Of a stretch of 64,000 nt of DNA, positions 30,646-40,575 are shown piece by piece (the stretch's first letter is position 1; each line of letters opens with the position of its first letter). Both the position numbers and the translations under genes were made by a program. The notes under the pieces were generated by a model. That model had not been told where the DNA came from. It did no database searches and saw only the letters and a list, made by a program, of their open reading frames with translations. The stretch comes from an uncultured Gammaproteobacteria bacterium (GTDB taxonomy: Bacteria > Pseudomonadota > Gammaproteobacteria > Steroidobacterales > Rariloculaceae): assembly GCA_964503125.1 (NCBI GenBank), contig CAZCZE010000039.1, positions 67,203 through 131,202 of the forward strand, in the 5' to 3' direction.

Positions 30646-31812
30646 TCAGCCGTCCCGCAACAGCACGTGGCTCACGACCGTGGCGCCCGTGCCGCCGATG
30701 TTTTGCACGAGCGCGACGCCGGCGCCCTCGATTTGATTGGCTCCGGCACGCTCGGCGAGCTGCAAGTAGGCCTCGACGGCCTGATAACAGCCGCTCGCGC
30801 CGACGGGGTGGCCGCGTGCTTTGAGGCCGCCGAACGTCGCGAGCGGCAGGTCGCCTCGGAGCCCGATGCGCTCCGCGTCGGCGAAGTCGAGTCCGGCGCC
30901 GGGCTTCGCGAACCCCGCGGCTTCGAGTGCCAGCGTCGTCATGATCGTGTAGGCGTCGTGGAGCTCGAACAAGTCGATGTCGCCGTGGCCGACTCCCGCC
31001 TGTCGCATGGCCTGGCGCGTCGAGGCGCCGATGGCGGTTAGATCGAGCGGGTCCGGCCGCCGCGCGAGCGCGAGCGACGCCGTCGCGAGGGCCGAGCCCG
31101 CGACGCGGACGCGCGGCGCGTCGGCGCGCTCGGCCGCGACGTGCGGCGCCGCGAGCACGAGCGCAGCGGCACCGTTGCAGATCGGCGAAACGTCGAACAG
31201 GCGAATCGGGTCCGCGACGATGCGCGAAGCGAGGTAAGTCTCGACGTCGAGCGGCTTGTGCAGCAGCGCGTTCGGGTTCGTCAGCGCGTTGCCGTGCGCC
31301 GCGATCGGGAAAGGGGCGAAGCGCGCGGCGGCGATATCGTACTTGCGCATGTACTCGCGCATCAACGTCGCGTTGAGCGACAGGAACGACTCACCGCAAA
31401 CGCCCTCGATCTCCCAGTCGGCCGCCGTCGCGAGCGCGCGCGTCACGGAGTCGCGCTCGACGTGAGTCATGCGCTCGACGCCGCAGACGACGACGGCGTC
31501 GTGAATACCTCCGGCAACGGCCTGATAGGCTACGCGCAACGCCGCGCCGCCCGAAGCGCACGCCGCTTCGACGGCCAGGGCCTCGATGCCGGCGAGCCCC
31601 GCATAGTCGGCGATGAGGCCGCCGAGCTGTTGTTGATTGGCGAGGATGCCCGACAGCATGTTGCCCACGTAGAGGGCTCCGACCCGTTCGGGGTCGAGAC
31701 GCGCATCGGCCAGCGCGGCTTTTACGGCTGTGGCGCCGAGATAGCGGCCGCGAGTGCGATGGTCTTTGGTGACCGGCGTTTGTCCCACGCCGGCGATGAA
31801 CACGTCTCTCAC
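30646..31812 (-). CDS. Thiolase-family protein (acetyl-CoA acetyltransferase-like)
   Basis: ORF 30646..31929 trimmed to GTG 31812 (RBS GGAG 7 nt upstream): VRDVFIAGVGQTPVTKD.. Active-site region AVEAACASGGAAL. C-terminal NIGGTGATVVSHVL. Confidence 0.8.
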   Translation of the reverse strand: MRDVFIAGVGQTPVTKDHRTRGRYLGATAVKAALADARLDPERVGALYVGNMLSGILANQQQLGGLIADYAGLAGIEALAVEAACASGGAALRVAYQAVAGGIHDAVVVCGVERMTHVERDSVTRALATAADWEIEGVCGESFLSLNATLMREYMRKYDIAAARFAPFPIAAHGNALTNPNALLHKPLDVETYLASRIVADPIRLFDVSPICNGAAALVLAAPHVAAERADAPRVRVAGSALATASLALARRPDPLDLTAIGASTRQAMRQAGVGHGDIDLFELHDAYTIMTTLALEAAGFAKPGAGLDFADAERIGLRGDLPLATFGGLKARGHPVGASGCYQAVEAYLQLAERAGANQIEGAGVALVQNIGGTGATVVSHVLLRDG

Positions 31813-31968
31813 TCGATCTCCAGCGGCCGTCACGACGCCGCGCAATCGGCGCGCATGATGGCAAAGGGCGGCGGCGAAAGCCATCCGCACGGCGAGGGCG
31901 GGCCGTTGGCCGCGAACGAACCGAGCCATCGGCTATGATGCCGACGCAAGGAAACAGGGAGTCGGTCG

Positions 31969-32787
31969 GTGAGCGCTGACGCAGACATTTTGCTCGTGGG
32001 CTTCGGCAACATGGGTCAGGCGCTCGTACGCGGTTGGCTCGGCCGAGGTCGCGCCGCGAGCTGCATCGTCGTCGTCGATCCCGTGCCGGCAGCGCGAGCT
32101 GTCGCGGCCGAGCTCGGCGTCACCGCCGCGGTTGACGTCGATGCGGTCGCACGGACGCACAACGACGTCATCGTTCTGGCCATGAAGCCGAATCAGGTCG
32201 CAGCGTTGCTGCCGGCTTGTGCGCGCCGCGCCGCGGCGCACACCGTGTTCTTGTCGATCGCGGCCGGCAAGACGATCGCCCGGCTCGGCGCCGGGCTCGG
32301 AGACGGGGTCGCGATCGTGCGGGCGATGCCGAACACGCCCGCGGCCATCGGCCAAGGCATGACCGCGCTCGCAGCCAACGCGGCGGTGACGCCGGCGCAG
32401 CGGACGCTTTGCACGGAGCTGCTGTCGGCCGTCGGCGCCGTGGCGTGGCTCGACGACGAGCGCCACATGGACGCCGTGACCGGCGTATCGGGCAGCGGGC
32501 CCGCGTACGTTTTCTTGCTCATTGAATGTCTCGAGCGTGCCGCTCTCGACGTGGGGCTCGATCCTAAGCTCGCCAAACAGCTCGCGCTCGCGACCGTGGC
32601 CGGCGCAGGTGCCTATGCCGCTGCCGCCGGCGTCCCCGCCGCGGAGTTGCGCCGCCGCGTCACGAGCCCCAGCGGCACGACTCAGGCCGCGCTCGACGTG
32701 CTGCTCGCTGAGCCAGGATTACGCGAGCTCATGCGGCGCGCGGTGCGCGCGGCCACCGACCGCAGCCGCGAGCTTTCGCAGGCGTAG
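31969..32787 (+). CDS. proC: Pyrroline-5-carboxylate reductase
   Basis: ILLVGFGNMGQALVRGWL (NADP Rossmann motif). MPNTPAAIGQGMTAL and SPSGTTQAALDVL motifs. 272 aa. Confidence 0.9.
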   Translation: MSADADILLVGFGNMGQALVRGWLGRGRAASCIVVVDPVPAARAVAAELGVTAAVDVDAVARTHNDVIVLAMKPNQVAALLPACARRAAAHTVFLSIAAGKTIARLGAGLGDGVAIVRAMPNTPAAIGQGMTALAANAAVTPAQRTLCTELLSAVGAVAWLDDERHMDAVTGVSGSGPAYVFLLIECLERAALDVGLDPKLAKQLALATVAGAGAYAAAAGVPAAELRRRVTSPSGTTQAALDVLLAEPGLRELMRRAVRAATDRSRELSQA

Positions 32788-32797
32788 GGGAGGGCGA

Positions 32798-33259
32798 ATG
32801 CCGGGCTATTACTTCGACGAGTTCACTGTCGGCCGCGTGTTCCAGCACGCGATCCGGCGCACCCTTACCGAGACCGACAACGTCCTGTTCAGCACGATGA
32901 CGCACAACCCCGCGCCGCTGCATCTCGATCACGAGTACATGCGCACGCAGTCGGAGTTCGGCCGCCCGCTCATGAACAGCTTCTTCACGCTGGGGCTCAT
33001 CGTCGGCATCTCGATCAACGACACGACGCTCGGCACGACGGTCGCGAATCTCGGGCTCGAGTCCGCGCGGTTTCCCGCGCCTCTCTACGTCGGCGACACC
33101 GTTCATGTCGAGACTGAGGTGATCGCGATGCGACCCAGCGAATCGCGACCGCGCAATGGCATCCTCACGCTCGAGCACCGTGGCTACAACCAACGCGACG
33201 TGCTCGTGGCCGCGTGCCAACGCAATGTGCTCATGTTGCGCGCGCCCGAGCGCGCGTAG
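32798..33259 (+). CDS. MaoC-family (R-specific enoyl-CoA hydratase-like) dehydratase
   Basis: Tail of ORF 32522..33259 from in-frame ATG 32798: MPGYYFDEFTVGRVFQHAIRRTLTETDNVLFSTMTHNPAPLHLD is a hot-dog-fold MaoC signature. Confidence 0.8.
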   Translation: MPGYYFDEFTVGRVFQHAIRRTLTETDNVLFSTMTHNPAPLHLDHEYMRTQSEFGRPLMNSFFTLGLIVGISINDTTLGTTVANLGLESARFPAPLYVGDTVHVETEVIAMRPSESRPRNGILTLEHRGYNQRDVLVAACQRNVLMLRAPERA

Positions 33260-33368
33260 CGCACTCGGCAGTCGTCGGTGCGCAACCTTCGTCGTCGAAC
33301 GCGTTAAGACAAAAACTGCGCAGCGACGCGGCTCGCGCAAATTTGACAGCAACCGTTATGTGACGGCC

Positions 33369-33397
33369 GCCGTCGCATTGCGGCGACGGCTGTTCTT
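33369..33397 (+). terminator. Possible rho-independent terminator downstream of the MaoC-like gene
   Basis: GCCGTCGC-ATTGCG-GCGACGGC followed by TGTTCTT. The T tract is weak. Confidence 0.35.
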
Positions 33398-33507
33398 AAA
33401 TGCGCCCCAGCAGAACGAGCGGCGGGACCGACAACAACAAGACCTGACGTCCGCGAGCTAACAAGGTCTGCGATTGAGTTAGGGTCGGAATTGCCAAGGA
33501 GGGTCTT

Positions 33508-34065
33508 GTGGTCAAGCAACTCTACGGGTTGACCGCGCTGGTCGGAGCACTGACGCTCGCGTCGGCTCAGGCACAGACCGGTTCGCTCGACGAATGGGAC
33601 GCCTGCATGCTTTTGTGGGGGGACGAGTCCTTCTGCGGACCGAAGCCCGAGCCGGAGCCGGAGCCGACGCTGCCGGAGCCGGAGCCGACGCTGCCGGAGC
33701 CGGAGCCGACGCTGCCGGAGCCCGAGCCGACGCTGCCGGAGCCCGAGCCGACGCTGCCGGAGCCCGAGCCGACGTTGCCGGAGCCGGAGCCGACGCTGCC
33801 GGAGCCTCCGCCTGCGCCGCCCCCGGCGCCACCTGCGCCGCCGCCCTCGGGCGACAAGTGCAAGCGCGGCTACGACCACCGAGGCGGTGCTCGCTGGGGC
33901 CACGTAAAGATCGCGAAGATCTTGAAGCTCGTTCGTGACCGCAACGATCGCCGGGCGGATCGCGACGACCGCTCGGGTAAGGGCAAGGGCGACGACCGCT
34001 CAGGCAAGGGCAAGGGCAAGGGCAAGCACGACTCTCGCGGGTCGAGCTCGAAGTCACGCCGGTAA
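33508..34065 (+). CDS. Secreted repeat protein: signal peptide, Cys pair, (PEPEPTL)x7, poly-Pro, Lys/Arg/Gly-rich tail
   Basis: GTG start with RBS AAGGAGGG upstream. MVKQLYGLTALVGALTLASAQAQ leader. Seven exact heptad repeats. C-terminal DRSGKGKGDDRSGKGKGKGKHDSRGSSSKSRR. Confidence 0.65.
   Translation: MVKQLYGLTALVGALTLASAQAQTGSLDEWDACMLLWGDESFCGPKPEPEPEPTLPEPEPTLPEPEPTLPEPEPTLPEPEPTLPEPEPTLPEPEPTLPEPPPAPPPAPPAPPPSGDKCKRGYDHRGGARWGHVKIAKILKLVRDRNDRRADRDDRSGKGKGDDRSGKGKGKGKHDSRGSSSKSRR
33652..33798 (+). repeat. 7 x 21-nt in-frame tandem repeat (CCGGAGCCGGAGCCGACGCTG and synonymous variants)
   Basis: Read directly. Units differ only at synonymous third positions (CCG/CCC, CTG/TTG). Encodes PEPEPTL x7. 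Confidence 0.9.
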
Positions 34066-34081
34066 ACGTCACTTGAAGCAA

Positions 34082-34125
34082 GAGCCCCCGCGGCCCTTTC
34101 GGGTCGCGGGGGCTCGTCGTTTTCG
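34082..34125. terminator. Rho-independent terminator between convergent genes
   Basis: GAGCCCCCGCG-N12-CGCGGGGGCTC (11-bp stem, 34082-34092/34105-34115) followed by GTCGTTTTCGG. Confidence 0.6.
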
Positions 34126-34139
34126 GGTGGCGGGGCCGC

Positions 34140-36014
34140 TCAGTCGGTCGCGGCGAAGTGCATCGCGATGTGATGAGCCGTGAGCGTCGTGCTCCCTTCG
34201 TCGTAGCTGCCGATCGCCGCGAGTGCGATCGCGGCGTTCCCGGCGGAGAGCTGGTTGGCGACCGCGGTGCTGAAGTCGGCGAACGTGGTGAAGAGCTTGA
34301 CGTCGCCGCCCACCGAGATGCCGTACAGCGCGCGACCCGTCGTCGGCGCGATCGTCGGCGACACCGCCAGCGTCGTGAGGTCGATGAGCCTTGCGCCCAC
34401 GAGCACGTGATGGCGAGCACCGATGTCCGGATTGTCGATGTCGAGCACGAACCCGGCGGGGCCCATGCTCGAGAAGGGCGCCGCAGTGCCCGTCGTGCCC
34501 CAGCCGATGCCGAGCACGGCCGGCAGGAAGCGGTGATCGACGACGGTGCGGCCCTCGAAATCGGCGGGTGCGCTGCCGAACGGCCGCACGAAGCCGAGCA
34601 CCTTGGCTGCTTGACCGGGTGCAACCGAGGCGAGCCCGAGCGTGCCCGTCGCGACCTCATAGTCGGCCGGGTCGGCGTCCATCGCGGGCGTGACGCCTGT
34701 GCCGCTGAAGTCGAACAGCTCGACGCCCAGTCGATCGATGGCGCGCAACTTCAAGTCGACCTGGCCCGCGACGACGCTATTGACGGTGCCGCGCAAGTGC
34801 GTCGGCAGCATGCGCACGCGGCCGTTCGTGGCATCGAAAGTCGCCGGTGTCGTGGTCGTCGCGGGCTCCGTCAGGGAGCCGAAGGCGACGATGTGCTGGC
34901 CGACCGAGAGCGCGCTCGCGTCGAGCACGACGCCGGGACTGCCGGGCTTCTGCACCTTGGTGTCGAGCCCGACCGTGACGATTACGGTGCGGTACAGCCG
35001 AGCGACGCGGTTGGGACGCACGGCGTAGCCGCCCTTGACGGTCAACTCATTGCCGCTGCGCGCGACGATGTTGCCGTGCACGGCGTCGATGCGCTCGCCG
35101 CTGACGCTGTCGCCCGCATGAACGATCTCGGCCGTGAAGCGGCGGTCCAGCGTCGAGAGCGTGCCGAACGCGACGGTCATCGTGCCGGCCGGCTTTTGTG
35201 CCAGGGCCGCGAGACCCCCGCTGCCCGTCGCGGCCGCGCCGTCGATCTCGAACGAAGTCGTCGCCGTCGTGTGCACGGTGACGCGCCCGTGATTGCCATC
35301 CGGGCGGAACCATGGCCGCACGTCGACCGTGTAGGTTCCGGCGGCGACGTCCGTCGCGACGAGCGCGCCGCGCAGACGCAGCTCTTTCTCGGTGACCGGC
35401 TGCACCTCGGCGACGAGATACGGTCGCGCCGTCACGACGGGCGGCGACTGCGATGCGTCGACCGCGTTCGAAGTCGCGAGATCGAAGTCGAGCGCCAGCA
35501 GCGCAGTGCGGCCGCGCGTGATGACGAGATGCTCGCGAGCCGCGAGATCGATCGTGAGCTCGGTCACGCCCAAAGGCTGGCCGGTGGCGCCGACGACGTT
35601 GGCGCGCGTGACTTGGCCGCCGGCTTCGACGAAGACCTCGGCATTGCTGTAGTCGAGCCGAATGGTGCCGCCGACGATATCGCCGGGCGCGAGCGTCGCG
35701 ACGGCGAGCAGGTCGGACAGGTCGGTGAGCTGGGCGAAGTCGATGCGCGTCGCGGCCGGCAGCACTTCGACGGTGCTTCCGCCCGGGCGGCGCAGCGTGA
35801 CCGATAGGACATCGACGGAGTAGCTGATGAAATCGCCGTCGGCGTCGGTGACGCTGACGAGTAGCGTGCCGGTGTTCGACCCGGTCGGTTGAGCGGGCGG
35901 TGTCGCGGCGGTCGAGCCGCCCGAGCCGCCGCAGCCCGCGAGGCAAACGGCCGCGAGCGCGACCCCTGTGAACGTGCGCAACGCTGCCTGCGCGCGCCTA
36001 ATGAATGTGCCCAT
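34140..36014 (-). CDS. Large lipoprotein, N-terminal DUF4382-like domain (tentative)
   Basis: 624 aa. Lipobox CLAGCGG. GTLLVSVTDADGDFISYSVDVLSVTLRRPGG..IDFAQLTDLSDLL resembles DUF4382 lipoproteins. The rest is beta-rich and unassigned. Confidence 0.7.
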   Translation of the reverse strand: MGTFIRRAQAALRTFTGVALAAVCLAGCGGSGGSTAATPPAQPTGSNTGTLLVSVTDADGDFISYSVDVLSVTLRRPGGSTVEVLPAATRIDFAQLTDLSDLLAVATLAPGDIVGGTIRLDYSNAEVFVEAGGQVTRANVVGATGQPLGVTELTIDLAAREHLVITRGRTALLALDFDLATSNAVDASQSPPVVTARPYLVAEVQPVTEKELRLRGALVATDVAAGTYTVDVRPWFRPDGNHGRVTVHTTATTSFEIDGAAATGSGGLAALAQKPAGTMTVAFGTLSTLDRRFTAEIVHAGDSVSGERIDAVHGNIVARSGNELTVKGGYAVRPNRVARLYRTVIVTVGLDTKVQKPGSPGVVLDASALSVGQHIVAFGSLTEPATTTTPATFDATNGRVRMLPTHLRGTVNSVVAGQVDLKLRAIDRLGVELFDFSGTGVTPAMDADPADYEVATGTLGLASVAPGQAAKVLGFVRPFGSAPADFEGRTVVDHRFLPAVLGIGWGTTGTAAPFSSMGPAGFVLDIDNPDIGARHHVLVGARLIDLTTLAVSPTIAPTTGRALYGISVGGDVKLFTTFADFSTAVANQLSAGNAAIALAAIGSYDEGSTTLTAHHIAMHFAATD

Positions 36015-36195
36015 TGTGATCTCCCTGGCGAAACGAGGTTACCGCTGGCAGCAACGCGGGGCTAGAATGGCTCGTTGACCCGTTATGCAAGATCGACGCA
36101 GGGGCATTTGCCCGTGGCTCGCTTGTAATCCTACCGTTTGCTGGCAGAATGCATTAGAGGCGGATGCCCAGGCGGATCAAAAGGTTGCGTAATTA

Positions 36196-38877
36196 ATGAG
36201 TGCCCGGGTCGAAGACCGAACCGGCACGCCGAAGGCGGACGACTCGTCCGCCGGTGAGCGCCCCCTAAGTCGTTCGCAGGCTCGGGCGCAGGCGCCTGGC
36301 CTCGACCTGATCTGCACCCAGGTCGCCGTCGACTTCCAAAGCATCACGCACGAGACCGCCGAGCCACGAATCGCGGCCGGTCTGCAATCGCTGACCGACG
36401 CTTGCGGGGCCGATGCCGTGGCAGTCCTGCGCCTCGATGCCGCGGGCACGGTGTTCGCAGAGGTGTACGCCGGCCGCTCGACGTTCTCCGCGTGTAACCC
36501 CGCCGTGCTCAAGGGCCGGCGTCTCGACGAATTCCCGTGGATCAAGGCGCGACTCGCGCATCTACGGCTGCTCGAGATCAAGGACACGGCCAACGTGCCG
36601 GCGGCGCAGAACCAAGACGCGGCGCAACTCTCGAGCCTCAACGTCGGCGCGCTGTTGCTCGTCGGCTTCCAGATCCGGGGCCGGCTCGGCGGCGTGCTCG
36701 CGGTCTTGAGCTCGGCGCCGAATCCCGGCTGGTCCGTCGATTTGCACCTGGCGCTCAAGCTCCTCGGTGCGAGCGTCGCGAGTGGCCTCGAGCGCGTCGA
36801 GCTCATGGAGGCGCTCGCGGACGTCCAAGAACGCGATCGACTTGTGACCAATACCGCCAACGACGGGCTTTGGGACTACGACGTGCGCGGCAACTCGATG
36901 TACTTCTCACCGCGCTGGCGCGCGATGCTCGGCTACGCGAGCGATCACGACGTGCCCGAATGGCGGCTGCTCGTCCATCCCGACGATCTCGCGAACGTGC
37001 AGACGCAACTGCGCGAGCACCTCGAAGGTCGGATCGAGCTCTTCGAGAGCGTGCACCGCATGCAGCACGCGAACGGGGAGTGGCGCTGGATCCAGAGCCG
37101 GGTTCAAGGCAGGCTCGACGAGAACGGCCGCTTGAAGCGGCTCGTCGGCGTCGAGACCGACATCACGGAGCGCAAGCTTTACGAGGAAGCGCTGTTCCGC
37201 GAGAAGGAGAGCGCGCAGATCACGCTCCAGTCGATCGGCGACGGCGTCGTGACGACGGACAGCGAAGCGCGCGTGCAGTATTTGAACCCCGTGGCGTCGG
37301 ATCTCACGGGTTGGCGGCTCGACGACGCCGTGGGCCGCAACATCGACGAGATCTTCCGCGGCTTCCACGAGGAGACGTGCGAGCCCATCGAGAACCCCGT
37401 CGGCGTGGCCATGCGCCGCAACCGGCCCATCAAGTCGGTCCGGCCCGCGCTGCTCATCCGGCGCGACGGCAACGAGCTCTACATCGAGAGCACGGCCGCG
37501 CCGATCCGCGATCCGTTCGGCCACGTCACGGGCGGCGTGCTCGTGTTCCACGACGTCAGCGAGTCGCGCGAGCTCAACCGCCGCTTGAGCTACGCGGCCA
37601 GCCACGACGTGCTCACGGAGCTCGTCAATCGCCGCGAGTTCGAGCAGCGGCTCGAGCGGGCGCTCAAGAGCGCCAAGGCGCGTGAGACCGCGTACGCGGT
37701 TCTCTACCTCGATCTCGATCAGTTCAAGATCGTCAACGACGCCTGCGGTCACAACGCGGGCGATGCGCTGCTCAAGCAGATCGGCTCCTTGCTCAAGTCG
37801 AAGATCCGCTGGCGCGACACGCTCGCGCGGCTCGGCGGCGACGAGTTCGGCGTGCTGCTCGAGAGCTGCACGATGGACGAAGCGCTGCGCACGGCCGAGA
37901 CGCTGCGCGAGAACATCGCCGAGTACCGGTTCGTTTGGGACGACCGCACGTTCCGCCTCGGCGTCAGCATCGGCGTCGTGCCGATCACGGCGGCCACCGA
38001 CGACGTGGCCTCGCTATTGTCGGCTGCCGACAGCGCGTGCGCGGCCGCGAAGGACGCCGGCCGCAACCGCGTCTACAACTACCAAGAAAACGACATCGAC
38101 TTGATGCGGCGGCGCAAGGAGATGCAGTGGGCCGCGCGCATCAGCAACGCGCTCGACGAGAACCGCTTCGAGCTGTTCCGACAGACGATTCAACCGCTGC
38201 AGGCCAACCCGGAGATCGCCGGCGCCCACTACGAGCTGCTCATTCGCATGCGCGACGAGGGTGGCCAGCTCATCGCGCCCGGGCTCTTCATCGCGGCCGC
38301 GGAGCGTTATGGGTTGATGACGGCCATCGATCGGTGGGTCATCGCGCAGGCGTTCACGTGGCTCGTGTCCGAGGCCGACGAGCGTGAGCGGCTGTCCCTA
38401 TGCGCGATCAACCTCTCGGGCCAGAGCCTGGCCGACGAGAAGTTTCTGCCGTTCGTCATCGAGCAATTCAAGAAGAGCGGCTTGTCGGGCTCGTGCATTT
38501 GCTTCGAGATCACGGAGACCGCCGCGATCGCGAGCTACTCGCAAGCCAATCGCTTCATCCACGCGCTCAAGGAGATCGGTTGCCGTTTCGCGCTCGACGA
38601 CTTCGGCACGGGCTTGTCGTCGTTCGGCTACCTGAAGCACTTCCCCGTCGACTTCCTCAAGATCGACGGCAGCTTCGTCAAAGAGATCCTCCACGACCCG
38701 ATCGACCGCGAGATGGTACGCTCGATCAACGAGATCGGCCATCTCACGGGCAAGCAGACGATCGCCGAGTTCGCCGAGAACGCCGAGATCATCACGATGC
38801 TGCGCGGCATGGGCATCGACTACGCCCAAGGCTACGGCGTCTCCGAGCCCAAGCGCCTCCTCCAAGCCGTCGCCTAG
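36196..38877 (+). CDS. Multidomain c-di-GMP turnover protein: GAF - PAS - PAS - GGDEF - EAL
   Basis: 893 aa. Intact GGDEF (RLGGDEFGVLL) with I-site RWRD five residues upstream. EAL domain with ELL variant (HYELLIRM), DDFGTGLSSFGYLK, EFAENAE, QGYGVSEP. PAC-like motifs HANGEWRWIQSRV and GGVLVFHDVSE. Confidence 0.9.
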   Translation: MSARVEDRTGTPKADDSSAGERPLSRSQARAQAPGLDLICTQVAVDFQSITHETAEPRIAAGLQSLTDACGADAVAVLRLDAAGTVFAEVYAGRSTFSACNPAVLKGRRLDEFPWIKARLAHLRLLEIKDTANVPAAQNQDAAQLSSLNVGALLLVGFQIRGRLGGVLAVLSSAPNPGWSVDLHLALKLLGASVASGLERVELMEALADVQERDRLVTNTANDGLWDYDVRGNSMYFSPRWRAMLGYASDHDVPEWRLLVHPDDLANVQTQLREHLEGRIELFESVHRMQHANGEWRWIQSRVQGRLDENGRLKRLVGVETDITERKLYEEALFREKESAQITLQSIGDGVVTTDSEARVQYLNPVASDLTGWRLDDAVGRNIDEIFRGFHEETCEPIENPVGVAMRRNRPIKSVRPALLIRRDGNELYIESTAAPIRDPFGHVTGGVLVFHDVSESRELNRRLSYAASHDVLTELVNRREFEQRLERALKSAKARETAYAVLYLDLDQFKIVNDACGHNAGDALLKQIGSLLKSKIRWRDTLARLGGDEFGVLLESCTMDEALRTAETLRENIAEYRFVWDDRTFRLGVSIGVVPITAATDDVASLLSAADSACAAAKDAGRNRVYNYQENDIDLMRRRKEMQWAARISNALDENRFELFRQTIQPLQANPEIAGAHYELLIRMRDEGGQLIAPGLFIAAAERYGLMTAIDRWVIAQAFTWLVSEADERERLSLCAINLSGQSLADEKFLPFVIEQFKKSGLSGSCICFEITETAAIASYSQANRFIHALKEIGCRFALDDFGTGLSSFGYLKHFPVDFLKIDGSFVKEILHDPIDREMVRSINEIGHLTGKQTIAEFAENAEIITMLRGMGIDYAQGYGVSEPKRLLQAVA

Positions 38878-39722
38878 ACAAAGCGCATCGAGAAGTCGAT
38901 GGCGCGCACGTGCTTCGTGAGCGCGCCCATCGAGATGAAGTCGACGCCCGTCGCGGCGACGTCGCGCAGCGTCGCCGCGTCGACGCTCCCTGACGCCTCG
39001 AGCTCGTGACGTTTGCCGGCGCTCGCGTCGCGGAATCGCACGGCGGCGCGCATGTCGTCGAGCGAAAAATCGTCGAGCATGATGCGGTCGGCGTCCGTCG
39101 CGAGCGCCTCGCGGAGCTGCTCGAGCGATTCGACCTCGACCTCGATCATGACGAGCGGCGACTGCCGCCTCGCGACGCGCACGGCCGCGGTGACGCTGCC
39201 GACGGCGGCGATGTGGTTTTCCTTGATGAGGATGGCGTCGAAGAGGCCGATACGGTGATTCTCGCCGCCGCCGCAGCGCACGGCGTATTTCTGCGCGCGG
39301 CGCAGCCCGGGCAGCGTCTTGCGGGTGTCGAGGAGGCGCGCGCCCGTGCCGGCCACGATAGCGACGAACGAGCGCGCGGTCGTGGCGGTGCCCGAGAGCG
39401 TCTGCAAGAAGTTCAAGGCCGTGCGCTCGCCCGTCACGAGGCTGCGCGCGGGCCCCTCGAGCTCGCAGACCACTTGGCCGGTTTCGACGAGGGCTGCGTC
39501 CGCGGCGTGCCACTGGATCTGCACGCGCGCATCGAGTTGGCGATACGTCTCGTCGAACCACGCGCGGCCGCAGAGCGTTGCGGGCTCGCGTGCGATGACG
39601 CGGGCGCGGCCTTGCGTGCCGGCGCCGATGAGCTCGGCCGTGAGATCGCCGGCGCCGAGGTCTTCGGCGAGCGCGCGGCTCACGACCGCGGGAATGTCAT
39701 CGGGCAGCGGCAGTGAGGTCAT
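38874..39722 (-). CDS. nadC: Nicotinate-nucleotide pyrophosphorylase (quinolinate phosphoribosyltransferase)
   Basis: 282 aa. GERTALNFLQTLSGTATTA, LDTRKTLPGLR, IMLDDF and SGSV motifs. Confidence 0.9.
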   Translation of the reverse strand: MTSLPLPDDIPAVVSRALAEDLGAGDLTAELIGAGTQGRARVIAREPATLCGRAWFDETYRQLDARVQIQWHAADAALVETGQVVCELEGPARSLVTGERTALNFLQTLSGTATTARSFVAIVAGTGARLLDTRKTLPGLRRAQKYAVRCGGGENHRIGLFDAILIKENHIAAVGSVTAAVRVARRQSPLVMIEVEVESLEQLREALATDADRIMLDDFSLDDMRAAVRFRDASAGKRHELEASGSVDAATLRDVAATGVDFISMGALTKHVRAIDFSMRFV

Positions 39723-39802
39723 CGGGTTGTCAGCGTCTCATAAACGGCGAGGACCCGGAGAAGCGCGTGCTTCGCCGGGCCCTCCGGGCGTCGGGTCGCT
39801 CC

Positions 39803-40387
39803 CTAGAGGATGAATCCGCCGTGGCCGAAGCCGACCATGCTCATGAGCATGGGCACGGATAAGACCGTGTTCGCGCGTGAGGCGAGGAACGCGACGCGCC
39901 GCGCTTTGGCGATCTGATCGGCGGTCGCTTCAACGAGACCCAAGACCTTTTTCTGGTTCGGCCAGATGAGCACCCAGACGTTGAACAGCATGATCGTGCC
40001 GAGCCACGCGCCGACGCCGATCGTCAACCCGGCGCCCTGCAACGTGAAGGCGTCGACGAACAGCCCGACGCGCCAGAGATAAAGGGCGCCCGTGAGCCAG
40101 GTCACCACTGCGGCCCACCGGAACCAGAGGAGCGCGCGCGGGGCTACGTACTTGCTAATGCCGGCACCGCCCGGACCGCCCTGATCCTTGGCGGCGGCTG
40201 CAAGGGCAGGGGCCTGCACGAAATTGAAATAGTAGAGAAGGCCGATCCAGGTGACCCCCGCGAGCACGTGGAGCCACATGATCATGCTCTGCTCGTTCGC
40301 GCTGACGCCCATCGTCGCGAGAGCGATCACAACCGCGAGGACGACACCGGCGATAATCGTGCCTTGGATGGAATTCAACGGGTTCAT
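39803..40387 (-). CDS. Conserved inner-membrane protein (resembles the urate-hydroxylase PuuD N-terminal membrane domain; tentative)
   Basis: 194 aa, 4-5 TM helices. WLHVLAGVTWIGLLYYFNFVQ motif recalled from that family. The functional call is weak. Confidence 0.6.
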   Translation of the reverse strand: MNPLNSIQGTIIAGVVLAVVIALATMGVSANEQSMIMWLHVLAGVTWIGLLYYFNFVQAPALAAAAKDQGGPGGAGISKYVAPRALLWFRWAAVVTWLTGALYLWRVGLFVDAFTLQGAGLTIGVGAWLGTIMLFNVWVLIWPNQKKVLGLVEATADQIAKARRVAFLASRANTVLSVPMLMSMVGFGHGGFIL

Positions 40388-40575
40388 TGGACCTCCCCTG
40401 GGAAACCTTTGACCGAATGTGCTTATTCTCGGGCGTTCTGGCGCGGGACTTGCCCCGCCCCGAAGACTGACGAAGAATAGGTGAGACGTAGACGCAGTTC
40501 AACGAGTCTCGCGCCACCGACATGGCTTGACTTGCGTGTGAGCTTGCCGCCTCTTGCAACGGAGTATTCGACATC

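Noticed and set aside
33304-34660. Minus-strand ORFs 33304..33903 and 33512..34660 with striking RLRQRRLGLRQ / APAASA repeats.
   Set aside because: These are the antisense and alternative-frame readings of the 21-nt PEPEPTL repeat. They have no RBS, and the second overlaps the well-supported lipoprotein gene.
36015-36195. Possible c-di-GMP riboswitch or other leader upstream of the GGDEF-EAL gene.
   Set aside because: I could not find the conserved GEMM-I/II core sequences or convincing pairing. The region is left unannotated.
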